A stretch of 64,000 nt of DNA from an uncultured Verrucomicrobiae bacterium (GCA_963706955.1 CAVPOC010000007.1:1-64000); one strand, 5' to 3'. Numbered from the stretch's first letter, positions 1 through 11,950 are shown. Made by a program: numbers and translations. Notes: a model not told the origin generated them from the sequence alone.

Positions 1-20
1 AGCCCGTAGGGAATACCGGC

Positions 21-501
21 ATGTTTCCGAACGCCCACCTACACGACCCTCGCCGCCGAGTTCGGGATCTCGAAAGCCTGCGTCCACAACTACATCGAGG
101 ATACCCGCGCCATCCTCCGCGAGCAAAATGTCGATATGGCCGCTCGTGAGCGTGACCAGGCCCTGGAGTTGCTCGATAACGCCATCGAGAAAGTCGTTCC
201 ACATATCAATGGCCAGGTGATCATCGAGACCGAGGTGCATCGGGTCATCAAGGGGCGACCGCAGACTTTTAAGATGACCATCGAAGAGTGGCACGCCCGC
301 ATGAAGGGATGTCAGGTCTTGGTCCAGCTCCTCGACCGCAAAGCGAAACTGCTTGGCATGGACGTGCCGGTGAAGGTCGAACCGCCGCCGATAGTGGCAC
401 CGGAGAGCGAAGAGCAGCGCGCCCGGGCCCGGGAGGCGCTCAGGGTTTGGACCCGCTTTGCCGTAGACCCGAAAGACTTTGGGGGTAAAAACCTGTCATG
501 A
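21..501 (+). CDS. Phage/satellite-type HTH protein, possibly terminase small subunit-like; start frameshifted
   Basis: The frame of ORF 136-501 stays open upstream and reads TYTTLAAEFGISKACVHNYIE (HTH-like). ATG at 21 is one base out of frame (gcccacc). The C-terminal LLDRKAKLLGMDVPVKVE resembles terminase-small-subunit-like proteins. Confidence 0.45.
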
Positions 502-555
502 TCACGCTCGAGCGGCTTATCGCGGAGACGTCCTCTTGGGCACCGAAGAACACTC

Positions 556-1470
556 TTACCGGGTGACCCCAGCCTCTTGAGTCCCTCGAGCCAATTGAAG
601 GTCGGCTTGGAGTCGGGCGTTTTTCGCCTCCAGCTCAGCAACCGTGGCTTTGAGCCGGTCGCGTTCCTCTTCCAGGGCATCCTGCATGCACTTCATCGCT
701 GTGAAGTCTTTATTGATTCCGCAGATACCGATGACCTCCCCGCGGGTATCCAGAAGCGGCAATTTGGTCGTGTAATCCCAGGAGATTCTGCCATCACGGT
801 GAACAAGCCTTTCGATTTTTCCCACGAGCGGTTCTCTCGTCTTCATGATCCTCTGCTCGTCTGCCGCAGTCCCTCTTGCTGTCTCCACCGACCAAAAGTC
901 GAAGTCGGTTTTCCCGATGAGGTCCTTCGCACTTGAGGCGCCAAGCAGTTCAGCGACCGAACGGCTCGCGCGAAGAAACCTTCCGCGTCGATCCTTAAAG
1001 TAAATCTGGTCCGGCGTATTCTCGAGTAGAAAGTCGAAGATGTCGATTGGGTCGCGCTCTTGCGAAGCTGAATTATCATGACAATTCACCTGCCTGGCGC
1101 CGCACTCCCGCAGGATCTCCATGACTTGCTCGGCTCGCACAGTGTCGGTTTTAACAAAGACGAACTGGCCATTTTCAGAGAAGGTCGTGGCATAGGCCTC
1201 GATCACCTCGTTCGGCAAGTCACAATCTGCAAGACGGGCTTTAAAGGCCCGGGCGACACGATGCCTGCCCCGCTTGGTTAATAACTCGGTGCTGCCCCAG
1301 GACACCGCCGGACCATAGCCCGACCAAAAGACTACCGAACCGAAGCTGCCTGGCTCTCCGGCCACGATGGCCTCATCGTAAACAGTGTATTCAAATCCAG
1401 CGTGAGTCAGTCTCCCGAGGGATTTGTCCAAGTCTCGTTCATTGTCGAATATCCCTACTATGGTCGTCAT
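556..1470 (-). CDS. PAS/PAC domain protein with unknown N-terminal domain; probably truncated before an output (PP2C/SpoIIE-type) domain
   Basis: LLENTPDQIYFKDRRGRF...DLIGKTDFDFW...TTKLPLLDTRGEVIGICGINKDFT is a PAS-PAC. It is followed by a coiled coil ending ADLQLARGTQ, like the linker into SpoIIE phosphatases, then an abrupt stop. Confidence 0.7.
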   Translation of the reverse strand: MTTIVGIFDNERDLDKSLGRLTHAGFEYTVYDEAIVAGEPGSFGSVVFWSGYGPAVSWGSTELLTKRGRHRVARAFKARLADCDLPNEVIEAYATTFSENGQFVFVKTDTVRAEQVMEILRECGARQVNCHDNSASQERDPIDIFDFLLENTPDQIYFKDRRGRFLRASRSVAELLGASSAKDLIGKTDFDFWSVETARGTAADEQRIMKTREPLVGKIERLVHRDGRISWDYTTKLPLLDTRGEVIGICGINKDFTAMKCMQDALEEERDRLKATVAELEAKNARLQADLQLARGTQEAGVTR

Positions 1471-2264
1471 CAGAAGTGCGATTACCCGAGCCTATCGGGT
1501 TCGTCTAGTTACAAAGGCATTGGAGGGGCCGAGTTTCTGAGTTTCTCGAAAAATTGTTGGCAAGCGTGCCGAGCTCTCGTCTTGCCGCGAACGGGTGTTG
1601 ATCATCCGTCAGATCGACCCCGCTCTCTGTCACCTCTATTGATGAGATTGCGTGGGGGTGGGGGAAGGAGAAAGGGTCGGCGCCGGATTAGGCGACGAGG
1701 TCTAAATCGGATGTGTAACAGTATGGAGCTTTGGCGCATCGCTGATCTCCTCCGAGCTGTTTGGCGACGAAAGGATTCCAAACGCCGCTGCGTGGCGCCT
1801 CATGGTCAAACTCGACGTTCGAGCCGTACGCGAATGGTATCGGCAATCCAGACCAGACAGATCCCCGGGACGAGGCGATGCCATGGACCGTGCCAGTCCC
1901 ACTCGGCGCGTGCCACGCGGCGCCGTTAACGCTGGCGGAATCAGTTATTCGAGCCGTCCTGCTCCTGTCGATCCGCCCGCCGCTCCTGTCGATTTTCGAC
2001 GACACTAAGGCGAAGGTCATCGAAGAGGTTCGCTTTGGACCGGCTTATACTCCTGCTGATAGTTCGTATAGTAGGCATTCCGGCTGTCTTACAGCACGTC
2101 GATGCTGTCCCCTGAAGGAGTGCTGACGACTTCTGCCCTTAGCGGTGGATCGCCATGTCCGTGTAGAGGCGCAGCGCCGCCCACCGCGTCGGGAGCGTAG
2201 AGGTTACTGATGAGATGAATCCCGCAGGCGATGCATGGGGCTTCGATCGAGCCTTGGATCGAGC

Positions 2265-3245
2265 CTAGAACGGGCGGCTCTTCTCTCCATCGCGCATCCA
2301 CCGCGTCGTGAGCTCGGTGCCAGTCTCCAGGGTGTGGGTCAGATCGGGTGCCACCTGTGCGAGGGCCGAGAGGTCGTAGACCGAATCGGCCGTCATGTTG
2401 CGGTAGCGGGATGAGTTCAGCGGAAGCTGATCTAGGCCCACCCGGCCGAGGAGGTCGCCCACCATGGCTGCGCCGCGCGCCACCGAGCGCGGGAGTTCGC
2501 GCACCAGTGGCCGACCAAACTGCTGCGCAATCATGTCCGCCCAGACGCGCACCTGCAGCGGCTGGTAGTCTCCGAGGTAGTGCACCGAGCCCGCCACCTG
2601 CTCCAGGGGCGCCTCGGCGAGGCGGAGCATTTGATAGGCGGTGTTGCCCACATAGCCGAAGGTGCGCGTCGGCGTGATGCCCCGGATGTGAAAATACAGC
2701 CCCTGCTGCACCTGGACGAAGAAGTCGCGATATGATGGCGAGCGAAAACCGGGTCCCCAAATTCCCGTCGGCCGCACTATGATCCATGGCACCCGCAGGC
2801 AACTCTGGCGCACGAGCTTTTCGCCCTCCACCTTACTCGACCCGTAGAGGTTGGGCGGACGATAGTCCCAGAGGTGAGTGCTCGGTGAATAGACCGGACA
2901 AATGAGCCGAGTGGAGGCGAAGATCACCCGCTCGCACGCAGACGCAGCCTCCACGGCGGCGATGACGTTATCCACCCCCGCCACGTTGACCCCATAGTCC
3001 TCCCAGCGCAGCCCCGCCACGCGGGTCGCGGCGCCGAGATGGAGGATGACCGCAGGATTGATCTGCCGCGCGAGCGCCCGCAGGCCCTCTCGATCGAGCA
3101 GGTCGCAACGGTAGAAACTGTCCCCGGCCGGCCATACCGGCTCCCTGCGGTCCGTGCCGATGACCCGCCAGCCCTGGCGTTGAAACAAGGCACACGCGTG
3201 ACCGCCGATAAATCCCGCCGCTCCCGTGATCAGGATCGTCTTCAT
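2265..3245 (-). CDS. NAD-dependent epimerase/dehydratase (extended SDR)
   Basis: MKTILITGAAGFIGGH Rossmann motif and YGSSK catalytic YxxxK. Start reassigned to ATG at 3245. Confidence 0.9.
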   Translation of the reverse strand: MKTILITGAAGFIGGHACALFQRQGWRVIGTDRREPVWPAGDSFYRCDLLDREGLRALARQINPAVILHLGAATRVAGLRWEDYGVNVAGVDNVIAAVEAASACERVIFASTRLICPVYSPSTHLWDYRPPNLYGSSKVEGEKLVRQSCLRVPWIIVRPTGIWGPGFRSPSYRDFFVQVQQGLYFHIRGITPTRTFGYVGNTAYQMLRLAEAPLEQVAGSVHYLGDYQPLQVRVWADMIAQQFGRPLVRELPRSVARGAAMVGDLLGRVGLDQLPLNSSRYRNMTADSVYDLSALAQVAPDLTHTLETGTELTTRWMRDGEKSRPF

Positions 3246-4361
3246 CGAGTAGAATCCGCCAAGGCAAAGTGCTCGCGCCACGCGGTCGCCACCGCATCCG
3301 GCGAGTGCCGCGCCATTAGGAAATCGTGCAGCGCTGCCCCGAGCTGTGCGCGCGAGGGTGGTTCTGCCAAGAGCAGAACCGTCTCCAACTCGGAAGCCCT
3401 CCAGCGCGTGAGCGGAGCCCAACACCGCCCGCCAGACTTCTGGAACGACCGTGCGTTCACAGGATCCACACGCCAAACAAGTAGTCCGAGCTTACGTCAA
3501 CGCCATTCGATGGGTTCAGTTCTTAACAACAGCTGCCCCCATCGCATCACTGTGCGCTTGCTAGCGTGGTAATCCTGTCGTTTGGTTTCGCGGGAATGGC
3601 GCCGGGTGGTGCGGGCGCACTCGAACGGCGTCTACGCACACCTCGTGCCTCTAAGGCTTCGGGGGCCGCCCGTTTCAATTGGTCCATCTGCACAGTTATC
3701 GTGAGCGCTACCGCATCTTTAAACGATTTTGTGACGAGCGAGCCTTATCGGCTCATGAGTAGACCTTTTGAAACCAAGATTCAGCCCGGATTGAATGCGG
3801 GCCAAAAACGGATTAGGCGACGGAAGGACGATTGCTGGCGAGAATTCCCATTCGCCGGGTTTAACGAGTGGCTCCGAGAACTGGCTGGGCGCGGAATGGG
3901 CGCGTTGAGCTGCTCGGAGAGCGTTTTTGCGTCCTGAAGGACGGGTGTGGGCATCGCCGGCAAAGGGAGGGGCATTGTGCCATCCGGAAGCGGCGTCGGA
4001 CTGGGGGTGGGCGAAAGCATCGGCGCAGGAGTACGCAGCGACAGGACGGTTTCGGGCGTGAGGAGCGGGACGCTTGCGCGGCCGGCGTCGGTTAATGGAC
4101 ATTGGTCGAAACTGGAAATTGACCGTTTGGCTGGGCGAGTGCGGATACGAAAGCAATCACGCCACACAAAGAGAGCAGAATGGCTTTGAGAGTATCATCG
4201 GAGAATGAGGTTTGTAATAGGAATGCACCTTTTCAGTGGCGCGCCGCGAACTTGTCGTGGTCGTTGGCCTGCAATTCGCTCAGTAGTTACCGACTAACGA
4301 ACAATTTGTTGTCTTCAGTAGGAACAACGGGCTTGTCCTAAGGTGTGTATCCTACAAGATC

Positions 4362-4595
4362 TCACATTCCATGACCAGAAGGCAGTGTTGAGCCCAACGC
4401 CGGCCCGGCGTTACCAATATAGCCAATGCGACCCGCTTCGCGTGCCACAAGCTGTTGACGTTGCAGTTGTGCACGCCACATGGCACGCATCTGAGGGGTA
4501 TCTTTCGTAGTGAAAGGCGTGCATCCCAGGATCATCAAAGAGACTAGGGCTGCGAGTCCGGTACAGCAAAACCGCATAGAATACCATACAAGCAC
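4362..4595 (-). CDS. Small hypothetical lipoprotein-like protein
   Basis: Hydrophobic N-terminus ending ILGC (lipobox-like); no other support. Confidence 0.3.
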   Translation of the reverse strand: MLVWYSMRFCCTGLAALVSLMILGCTPFTTKDTPQMRAMWRAQLQRQQLVAREAGRIGYIGNAGPALGSTLPSGHGM

Positions 4596-4772
4596 CTAGG
4601 TGACGGCGCAAAACGAAAGCGACGACTGGCGCGCGAGGCGCCGCGCGTGGTCGGCCATGGCCCCTCGAGAATACCTGCCGCCGCGCTCGACGTCCAGCCA
4701 CTGAGGGAAAGGTTGAAGTAAGATAGCAGAAGGAAGACAGGCGGCAGCGTTTCTACCAGTGCCGAAGGTAAG

Positions 4773-7700
4773 TTAGCAAAGGGCTAGTCGAAATCCACGT
4801 CCTCCCAACCCGCTCGCTTTTTGGCGGCGGTATTCCGCGAAGGTTGCTTCTGCGCGTGTCACCAGTGAAATCGACTTCTGTTCCTTTGCGATTCTGATGG
4901 CTTCGCAAAACGAAGCTTCAATTTCGGTCTCATCAGCACCAATGGCCGCGAGAAACACACCGCGGAGCCGGTGCAGTTCGGCACACCAAAAGCGCTCTTG
5001 AAATCTTTCGACCAGTGCTTCTGCCTCCTTGATTGCCTCAAGAGCTTCAGAAGTACGATCCGCTAAGTGCAAAGCTTCAGCTTTCATTCCCAGGAGATAT
5101 GGCAGGCCTATGATTGCGCCAGTGGCCCGATAGTCTCGGATTCCGTCCTCGATCCACGAGACGCCTTCAACTGTGTCACCGGAAGCGCTGCGCGCCCAAC
5201 CGCTGAGTATGGATCCTAGAGCCAGCCAATGCGCAAAATGGTGACGAGTTGACAGTTCAATGACGTCTGATGCCAGGCGTTCCACTTCAGAAGGATTACG
5301 CTCGTGGTAGGCTAAACTCGCTGCGTAATATATCGTGGAGGTTAATCCGTGCATATCTTTCAGTTCCTTCGCTAGTGAGATCGCTTCCACAATGTTCGGT
5401 TGGGATCCGACGATCTCTCCGAAGTGCCACGCGCAAAAGACCTCATAGCACAGACAAGTGGTGGCGGGCGCATCGAGGTCTTCCGCATGAGACTGTACGC
5501 TCCCCGAGCGCCAGATCTGGACGCCATGTATCGCCTGTCTTCGCCCAGCCTCAAAATCGCCCAAAAAGTGATGCGTCATTGCCAAAGCGCTGCAGGCTCC
5601 TACCATCCGCGCAGGATTGTTCTGCTCCCGAGCCAGGGCGTAAATTCGTTGGGCAATCTGTATCGTTGCTGTGAGCTTGTCGTGCATGAGGGAGTAGCGC
5701 CACTGACCCATCAGTGCCATGTGCAGAAGCGCGGGACGATTAAGCGAATGACACCGGGGCTCTGCGCGCTCGTAACAAATCCGCGCTTCCGGTGCTCCCA
5801 AACCTCGCGTGGCCGTCAGGCACAGGCCCGCCTGCATGAGAACGAAGAGCTGATCTTCCGCCGTGAGCCTCTGTCCCTCCACGCCCACTTCCACGAATGA
5901 CCCCCAGCGTCCCTCTTGGAAGAAGTGAACCAAAGCCGAGAGCAAAGCTCCTCGGGCTCCGAGGTTGTTAGCCGCGAAATAGGCATTTCCTCGCTGAATC
6001 CGGGGAATGTAAACCTCATGTAACGCCTCGCGAAACAGACCAGCATTGCAGCCGCAGATAACGGCTGAGAAAAGTGGTTCCATTTCACTGAAACTATTGG
6101 GCAACTGTGGTGCAAGCGTTTGATAGTGATGAAAGAGTCGCCTATTACATTCCTTCCAAGCGTCCGATTGTTGAGTCCGGAGCTGTTCCCCAAAGTATTC
6201 ACGAACGAGAGGATGGGTATCTAATTGTCCAGGATTATGCGGATCTTCTCGGGCGAGGAGTCTTGCCCTTCTTAACCTGGCAAGAATCGTTCGCCACTCG
6301 ATCGCGCTCAGATCAACTAATGACTCGGTAAGGCCAGGAATCGCAGGCGATTTCAGTAGGGCTCCAAACGCCTGCTCGTCCGCGGGCCTATCAAATAGAC
6401 CTAACATCCGGAGGATCGCCAGCTCAGGCCCCTCTCCAAGCCAGCTCTGGTAGGATTCCATGACTTTTCGGGCATGGGCTCCCTGTCGTAGGTCGTGAGC
6501 AAGGCGCGCTGATACTTCTTCCCGGCGACGAATGTCTCCATTATAAGCGTCAGTCAAATAACTGCCTAAGAGCGTGAGAGCCAAACAATGGCCGCGGAAC
6601 TCGTCGTTCGCACGTCGCAGTTCCGCCTCATCTCCATTGACACCCAGCGCTCGGAGCAGCTTCGCCCCGGCATCGCTGGATAGCTGTTCCAGGCTACGAC
6701 GCGGGGCAGAGCTGCGCTCATGATCCGCAATATCAGCGACCGGCGTCCGCGTGGTAATCACACAAAGCCCCGTATTGAAAGCAGCGAGTTCGCGCAGAAG
6801 CGCCTGGAGGGAAGGCTCACGCAGCCGTCCTTCTTGTAGCCCAGGCGGATTTTGGAGCGGCTCCAGGCCATCCAGAACCAATAATGTTCGGCGATGCACA
6901 ACGAGCTTTGCCAATCTTTCGCCCTTCTCCCACGCTGTTCCGATCCTTGGATCGGGATCGCCAAACCAAGTGAGAGCCACGTCAAGAAATTCATCAGCGG
7001 ACGAAGTGCCCCCACTGGTGCCCTGTCTGTAAAAAGAGTAGCCAAATACGAGTTGCGCAGAACGATAGTGTTCAGCAGCCATCCGTCGGAGCCAATGGTT
7101 CACGAGCGTCGACTTCCCGACCCCAGCCCAGGCAACGATTGTAGCAACGTTGATGTCCTTGTTTGCCCACGCGCGATCCAGAAAAGCGATGTCTTCCTCT
7201 CGGCCAAAAACATCGCTTCCAGTAACGGGTAATCTGGCTATTGAAATCTTCTTCGGTGCTGGTCTTGTTAGCGGCTTGCGAGTTCCGACACGCGAAGCCG
7301 TAGAGGGCGTCTCCTGCAGGCTCTGACGAGTGATTCTACGCCGCGCGTGGAGAGCGCCTGTTATCGTTGGAATCGCCTTCAGCAGCTCGTTCGGAGTCTG
7401 GAATCGCTGTGCCGGATCTTTCTCAAGGAGTTTCTCAAGAAGAACTACGACCGGCTGTGGAACATCTTTCGAGTCGCTCAAGCGGTAAGGGCGCGTGCTG
7501 ATTCTGATACATCACCTCAGCGCAAGGACCTCGGAATGGTGTTTGACCGGTCACCATTGCCCAGAGCGTTACGCCAAGCGAGTATAGGTCCGAGCGAATG
7601 TCGACCTGTATCCCTGCGAACTGTTCCGGACTGGCAAACTGGGGTGTCCCGGCAAATGCTCCGGGCGTAGAAATCGCCGTTTGCGAACCTAGTTCAGTGA

Positions 7701-8433
7701 TCCCTTTGGCAAGCCCGAGGTCGATGATCTTTACGGTCGCCGCGCCTCCCTCCTCCAAACTCACCATGATGTTGGACGGCTTGATATCCCGATGGACCAG
7801 CTTCTGTTTGTCTATTCCAGCCAATCCGGATGCAATCTGTGAAGTGATTTGCACAGCCAGCTTCGTTTCAAGCCGACCGAAGCGTTTGATGAGATTCTCC
7901 AGGGTCTCTCCTTCCACAAACTCCATCGCATAGAAATACTCCCGACCTCTTCTACCAAGATGGAAGACTGAGGCAACGTTTGGGTGGCGGACGCTGGCGG
8001 CGGCGCGCGCCTCACGCAAGAAACGAAGCCGTGCCGATTCGTCACCCAGATATCGTTCGCTAATGACCTTCAGGGTGACGGGGCAGTGCAGATCGACGTC
8101 GAACGCCTTGTAGGTGATGCCCATAGCCCCACGCCCCAACTCGATCGGTTCGCTATCCTCGTCCAAGACCACTTCATAGTTCTCGAGTCGCCGAACCTGC
8201 GACCCACCTTCGGCTTCCTCAGTGCTGGCTGCTGACCCAGATACTGAACCCGGTACCTCGATCGCTGTAGATGCCCCGCTAGTAATTCCCCGCAGGATAC
8301 AAACTGGACAGAACTCCCTATCGGCGGTGGAAAGGAACTTCGTGCCGCAGACAGGACACGTACGTGCTTCCTGTTCCACTGATTCCGGATCTTTACCGGG
8401 TTCCTCCACAGATCCTTGCGATTCCGTTTTCAC
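4773..8433 (-). CDS. Ser/Thr protein kinase fused to AAA/STAND-type NTPase and TPR-like helical domain; one frameshift near 7460-7480
   Basis: 7435-8433: LGRGAMG, HRDIKPSN, DLGLAK, GTPQFASPEQ kinase motifs. 4773-7481 starts with the kinase C-lobe end (LLEKDPAQRFQTP), then Walker A AGVGKST, Walker B LLVLDG and C-terminal helical repeats. Confidence 0.85.
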
Positions 8434-8795
8434 TGCCTCAGCCGTCCTTCGGCGACGATTAGCGGGCGATTCTCGCCCCCAATTTTGGCAACTTGATCCG
8501 CATCACATCCCATTGAGCTGTGGCTCACTCTCATCGAGGGAACCCACCTTGAGCTGAACAGTAACGGAACGGCTAAGATTTTCACTCTTTTCGTGAATGC
8601 TTACGTTCTCGCCGAGCCGAGCGTCGCAGAGCTGCGATTCCCAGCGATGGCAAAGATGCTCGCGCCTTGGTGTCTCTGGGCAACTTAGCAGAAACTCGTA
8701 GCGAGGGAACGTCAAACTCTGACCTGATCAAGACAACAGCCTACCAATTCCCGAAGCGAGAACAACATTGTTGAAGCCGACAAGATCTCAAAGTA

Positions 8796-9356
8796 GTGGC
8801 TTTCGTGCTTCGAAAGATCATCAGTGCTGGCCAGGCGGATGCTGATCGCGCCGGCCTTGATTTCGCTATCGAGGTCGGTCTCGAACCTGGCGGGTACGTT
8901 TCCAAGGGGCGCAGAGCGGAAGAAGGCAGAATGCCGGGGCGGTACCACCTTGCCGAGTTTTCGAGTATTTATATGCCATGCGGACTAAGCGGAATGTTCG
9001 AGAAGCCGACGGGACGGTAGTCTTCAGCCTGGACTCGATCCTAACCGGGGCAGCTTTTGACTTTCGATCACGCCGCTCAGGTAAAGAAACCGCGAATTCA
9101 CATGCACAAACCGGCTACCGATTATAGTGACGAGGATTTCTTTAAGGAGGTTTGGAGGCTAAAGGATTTCATCGATTCGAACCAAATCGAAGTGCTGAGT
9201 ATCGCGGGGCCCCAAACCGACCGGCGCGCATGCGTTCGCCCTGCGCGTGCTCCGACTGTATTGGGAGAAGCGCTAAACGCCCTTATTCGGAGCAACGCCT
9301 CCGGGCGCTGCATAATCGTAGGAAAGAAGGCGCAGAAGACCGGCCATGCTGAGTAA
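8796..9356 (+). pseudogene. Putative molybdenum-carrier / circularly permuted YpsA SLOG family protein, frameshifted
   Basis: KIISAGQADADRAGLDFA...GGYVSKGRRAEEG; an alternate frame gives RTKRNVREADGTVVF; then KKP..., IEVLSIAGP. The motif series of this family is spread over several frames. Confidence 0.7.
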
Positions 9357-9373
9357 CGTAACCCGCGTCACCG

Positions 9374-10318
9374 TTGACCTTGTCCGACGGTCGCCCTATT
9401 CTCGGGCCCAAGGAAGGATATCGCTTGTTAGGTCAGACTCTGCCAGTTCCTCCGGCCGGTCCATCGATTACCATTCGGCGCGCCAAGCAAGAAGACGCAC
9501 CAGTGTGCGGCCGAATCTGCTTTGATGCCTTCTATGGGATCAGCACAAAGCACGGCTTTCCACCCGACTTCCCGTCGCCCGATGTAGCGATTGGCCTTCT
9601 CTCAACGATGTTTTCCCACCCGGGGTTTTACTGCGTGGTGGCGGAGTCAGACGGGTGCATGGTGGGCAGCAACTGTCTCGATGAGCGGTCCGCAATCGCG
9701 GGTCTCGGACCGATCACAGTCGACCCGAGCATGCAGGATCGCGGTGTCGGCCGGAAATTGATGGAAGCGGTCCTAGTCCGGGCCCGAGAGCGCAACTTCC
9801 CAGGGGTCCGGCTGCTCCAATCGACGTTTCACAACAGATCCTTGGCCATGTATAGCCGACTAGGCTTTGATGCCCGCGAGCCAGTCTCGGTCATGCAGGG
9901 ACCGCCGCTTCGGAAACGGGTTGAAGGGTGCTCAGTCCGGCAGGCGCGAGCTTCGGACGTTGAGGATTGTAACCGCCAGTGCATGAAAGTTCATGGACAC
10001 GATCGGGCGGGCGAATTGACAGATGCCATCAAAAGTGGGACCGCAGTGGTCGTCGAGCGCCATGAACGGATTACGGGATACGCCACGGCGCTGGCTTTTT
10101 TTGGGCACGCCGTCGCTGAGACTAACCTGGACCTTCAGGCATTGATAGCCTCCGCGGAGGCCTTTGCAGGACCAGGCATCATCGTGCCGACGCGCAATTC
10201 AGACCTTTTCCGTTGGTGCCTTGAGAATGGCCTTCGAGTCGTCCAGCCAATGACGCTGATGAGCTCGGGACTGTACAACGAGCCGGCCGGGGTATATCTG
10301 CCTTCTGTACTCTTCTGA
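9374..10318 (+). CDS. GNAT family N-acetyltransferase
   Basis: ITVDPSMQDRGVGRKLM acetyl-CoA motif A; NRSLAMYSRLGF. Confidence 0.85.
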   Translation: MTLSDGRPILGPKEGYRLLGQTLPVPPAGPSITIRRAKQEDAPVCGRICFDAFYGISTKHGFPPDFPSPDVAIGLLSTMFSHPGFYCVVAESDGCMVGSNCLDERSAIAGLGPITVDPSMQDRGVGRKLMEAVLVRARERNFPGVRLLQSTFHNRSLAMYSRLGFDAREPVSVMQGPPLRKRVEGCSVRQARASDVEDCNRQCMKVHGHDRAGELTDAIKSGTAVVVERHERITGYATALAFFGHAVAETNLDLQALIASAEAFAGPGIIVPTRNSDLFRWCLENGLRVVQPMTLMSSGLYNEPAGVYLPSVLF

Positions 10319-10598
10319 AAATGCCGGGCGCATTTAAGTCATTGCCTAAGGTTCGCGATAGGGTGGCTGAGCTAAGAGCTGAGACACGTGGTCAATTAGT
10401 GCGTGATGGCGAGCGTTACTCGATGAACCGTATTGCGCATCCGCTTCTCTTCCGCGATGCGTTCTACCAAGTTCGGTCAGCCACGCAGACTGCTCGGCCG
10501 CAGATCTCATCGATTGTTCGGTATCCGAAATCGAAACTCACCTTGCTCGGCTGTTGATAAACGGCCCGCTCAGAAGGAGCCTTGAGTGATTGACCCAA

Positions 10599-11186
10599 TC
10601 AGGCTCGGCGATCGTCGGCGCAATTTTCGTCGGGATTCGAGGGCAGTGTTTCGTAAGGGACAATGCCTCGGCGGATCACTGTGTCGTCCTCGTCGATCGT
10701 GGTCTCAGTCGCTACTTGGAAACGAAGACACATCGGCAGTGGTAAATCGCTCCCCGGTTCTTCGGCAACCGCTGCAAGCATCCACAACACCAAAGACTTT
10801 ATCCGGCGCAATGCTTCTTCCTGCGTCGCGCCATCGCATATGGCGAGCGGAACGTCTGGCACTTCAGCAATCCAACGTCCGTTGCCATCAGGCTTGCAAG
10901 TGAAGACAAAATTACATTGGCCGAGCCCGTCGATTGTGCGCGGCACAGTGTCGAACAGATCCTCAAGCATATCTGGCACGACCATTCCCTGTGCCATCCG
11001 CCGCGACATGATGCGCAGCACTCGCGCTGTAACCCTGCACAGCACTTCCGCCTGCGATTCGCCGCGACAAGTAACGCCGAGCGAGCGCACCTCTGCGAAG
11101 CATTTGGCCGGCCGGCCATACTCTCCGACATGGATGGTGAAGGCGGTGAGTGCTTTTAAATCCATATCGATGATCTTCAGATTCAT
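10599..11186 (-). CDS. Protein with two tandem HicB-like antitoxin N-terminal domains
   Basis: CFAEVRSLGVTCRGESQAEVL and GRWIAEVPDVPLAICDGATQEEALRRIK both match the HicB-type signature (AEVPxL...GxTxEEA). Start at ATG 11186. Confidence 0.65.
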   Translation of the reverse strand: MNLKIIDMDLKALTAFTIHVGEYGRPAKCFAEVRSLGVTCRGESQAEVLCRVTARVLRIMSRRMAQGMVVPDMLEDLFDTVPRTIDGLGQCNFVFTCKPDGNGRWIAEVPDVPLAICDGATQEEALRRIKSLVLWMLAAVAEEPGSDLPLPMCLRFQVATETTIDEDDTVIRRGIVPYETLPSNPDENCADDRRA

Positions 11187-11301
11187 TTCGTTGTTATACC
11201 TTTTGAAACGCCCCCCTTTGACCCTCATTGGCGGCCTTCGGGGTGTCCTGCTGAATTTTCCGAAGTTGGCGGAGCAAGACTTCGCAATTTGAGGGACCAG
11301 A

Positions 11302-11435
11302 TACCCAACTACGTTAACCACGGTAAATTCCAACTTACGCGCGCGTGCGCATAACATGGATGACCATCAAGAGTGGTATACTTAGTTATCCCGCGTGCGC
11401 GTAAGTTGGAAAATAACGTAGTTAACGTAGTAAGA
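11302..11435. repeat. ~135-bp imperfect palindrome, copy 1 (putative iteron-type replication origin)
   Basis: Arms ACTACGTTAACCACG...CCAACTTACGCGC and GCGCGTAAGTTGG...CGTAGTTAACGTAGT. Highly similar to the reverse complement of 21557-21690. Confidence 0.85.
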
Positions 11436-11828
11436 GTGAACCACCATTCACTGGCTGGAGTGACAGCGATATTTGAATGGAAAGTCTAGGAGGCGCCCGG
11501 TTTTGCCGCAAGAAATTGCAGAACACTCCGTCTGGTCGGGTGCGAAGCTTTCATGGCATGTCTTCCTTATTCAGGTTTTCCAGAAACGAGCATTCGCTGG
11601 CGGGACCCTCCGACTTGCAGGCCCAAACAAGCTGTTGTAGCGCCCGCTTCATGACCTGGAGGAGCGGATTTTAAGTTCGACGCTGGCTATCTTCGCTTCT
11701 GCGTGGCTTCGGACATCGGCGCATGTCTTGCCAGGGGTGAGGTGGAGCGCGAGGAGCTGCTTGATTTCGTTCCGCGTGAAGTCCTAACGCCTGAGCGTCT
11801 TTGATGAAACGCAGTCATTGGACCGTCT

Positions 11829-11944
11829 CCTCGGTAAGGGTGCGGTAGGAGCGCCCGGCGCTCGTAGTAACGGATGGTGTCGATCTTGACTCCGGCGCGC
11901 CTAGCCGCGGTTCCGACAGTCATCGTTTCATTTCCAGCTTTCAT
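11829..11944 (-). pseudogene. Truncated MerR-family regulator (N-terminal HTH only)
   Basis: MTVGTAARRAGVKIDTIRYYERRALLPHPYR is a MerR HTH; similarity is lost immediately afterwards. Confidence 0.8.
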
Positions 11945-11950
11945 GTTGCC

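Noticed and set aside
2100..2230. CTGACGA and CTGATGA motifs in an intergenic region
   Set aside because: No suitably placed GAAA or paired stems.
1480..2260. Several overlapping short ORFs
   Set aside because: No recognisable motifs and mutually conflicting frames; left unannotated.
8795..8870. CUGAUGA and GAAA motifs on the minus strand (hammerhead-like)
   Set aside because: Stems I and II do not pair properly, and the sequence is explained by the SLOG coding frame (RKIISAGQ).
11187..11357. N-terminal extension of the HicB-like ORF, and the similar peptide in ORF 21398-21796 (ARARKLEFTVVNVVGY)
   Set aside because: The shared peptide is simply the translation of the palindromic DNA element; it is not evidence of a protein family.
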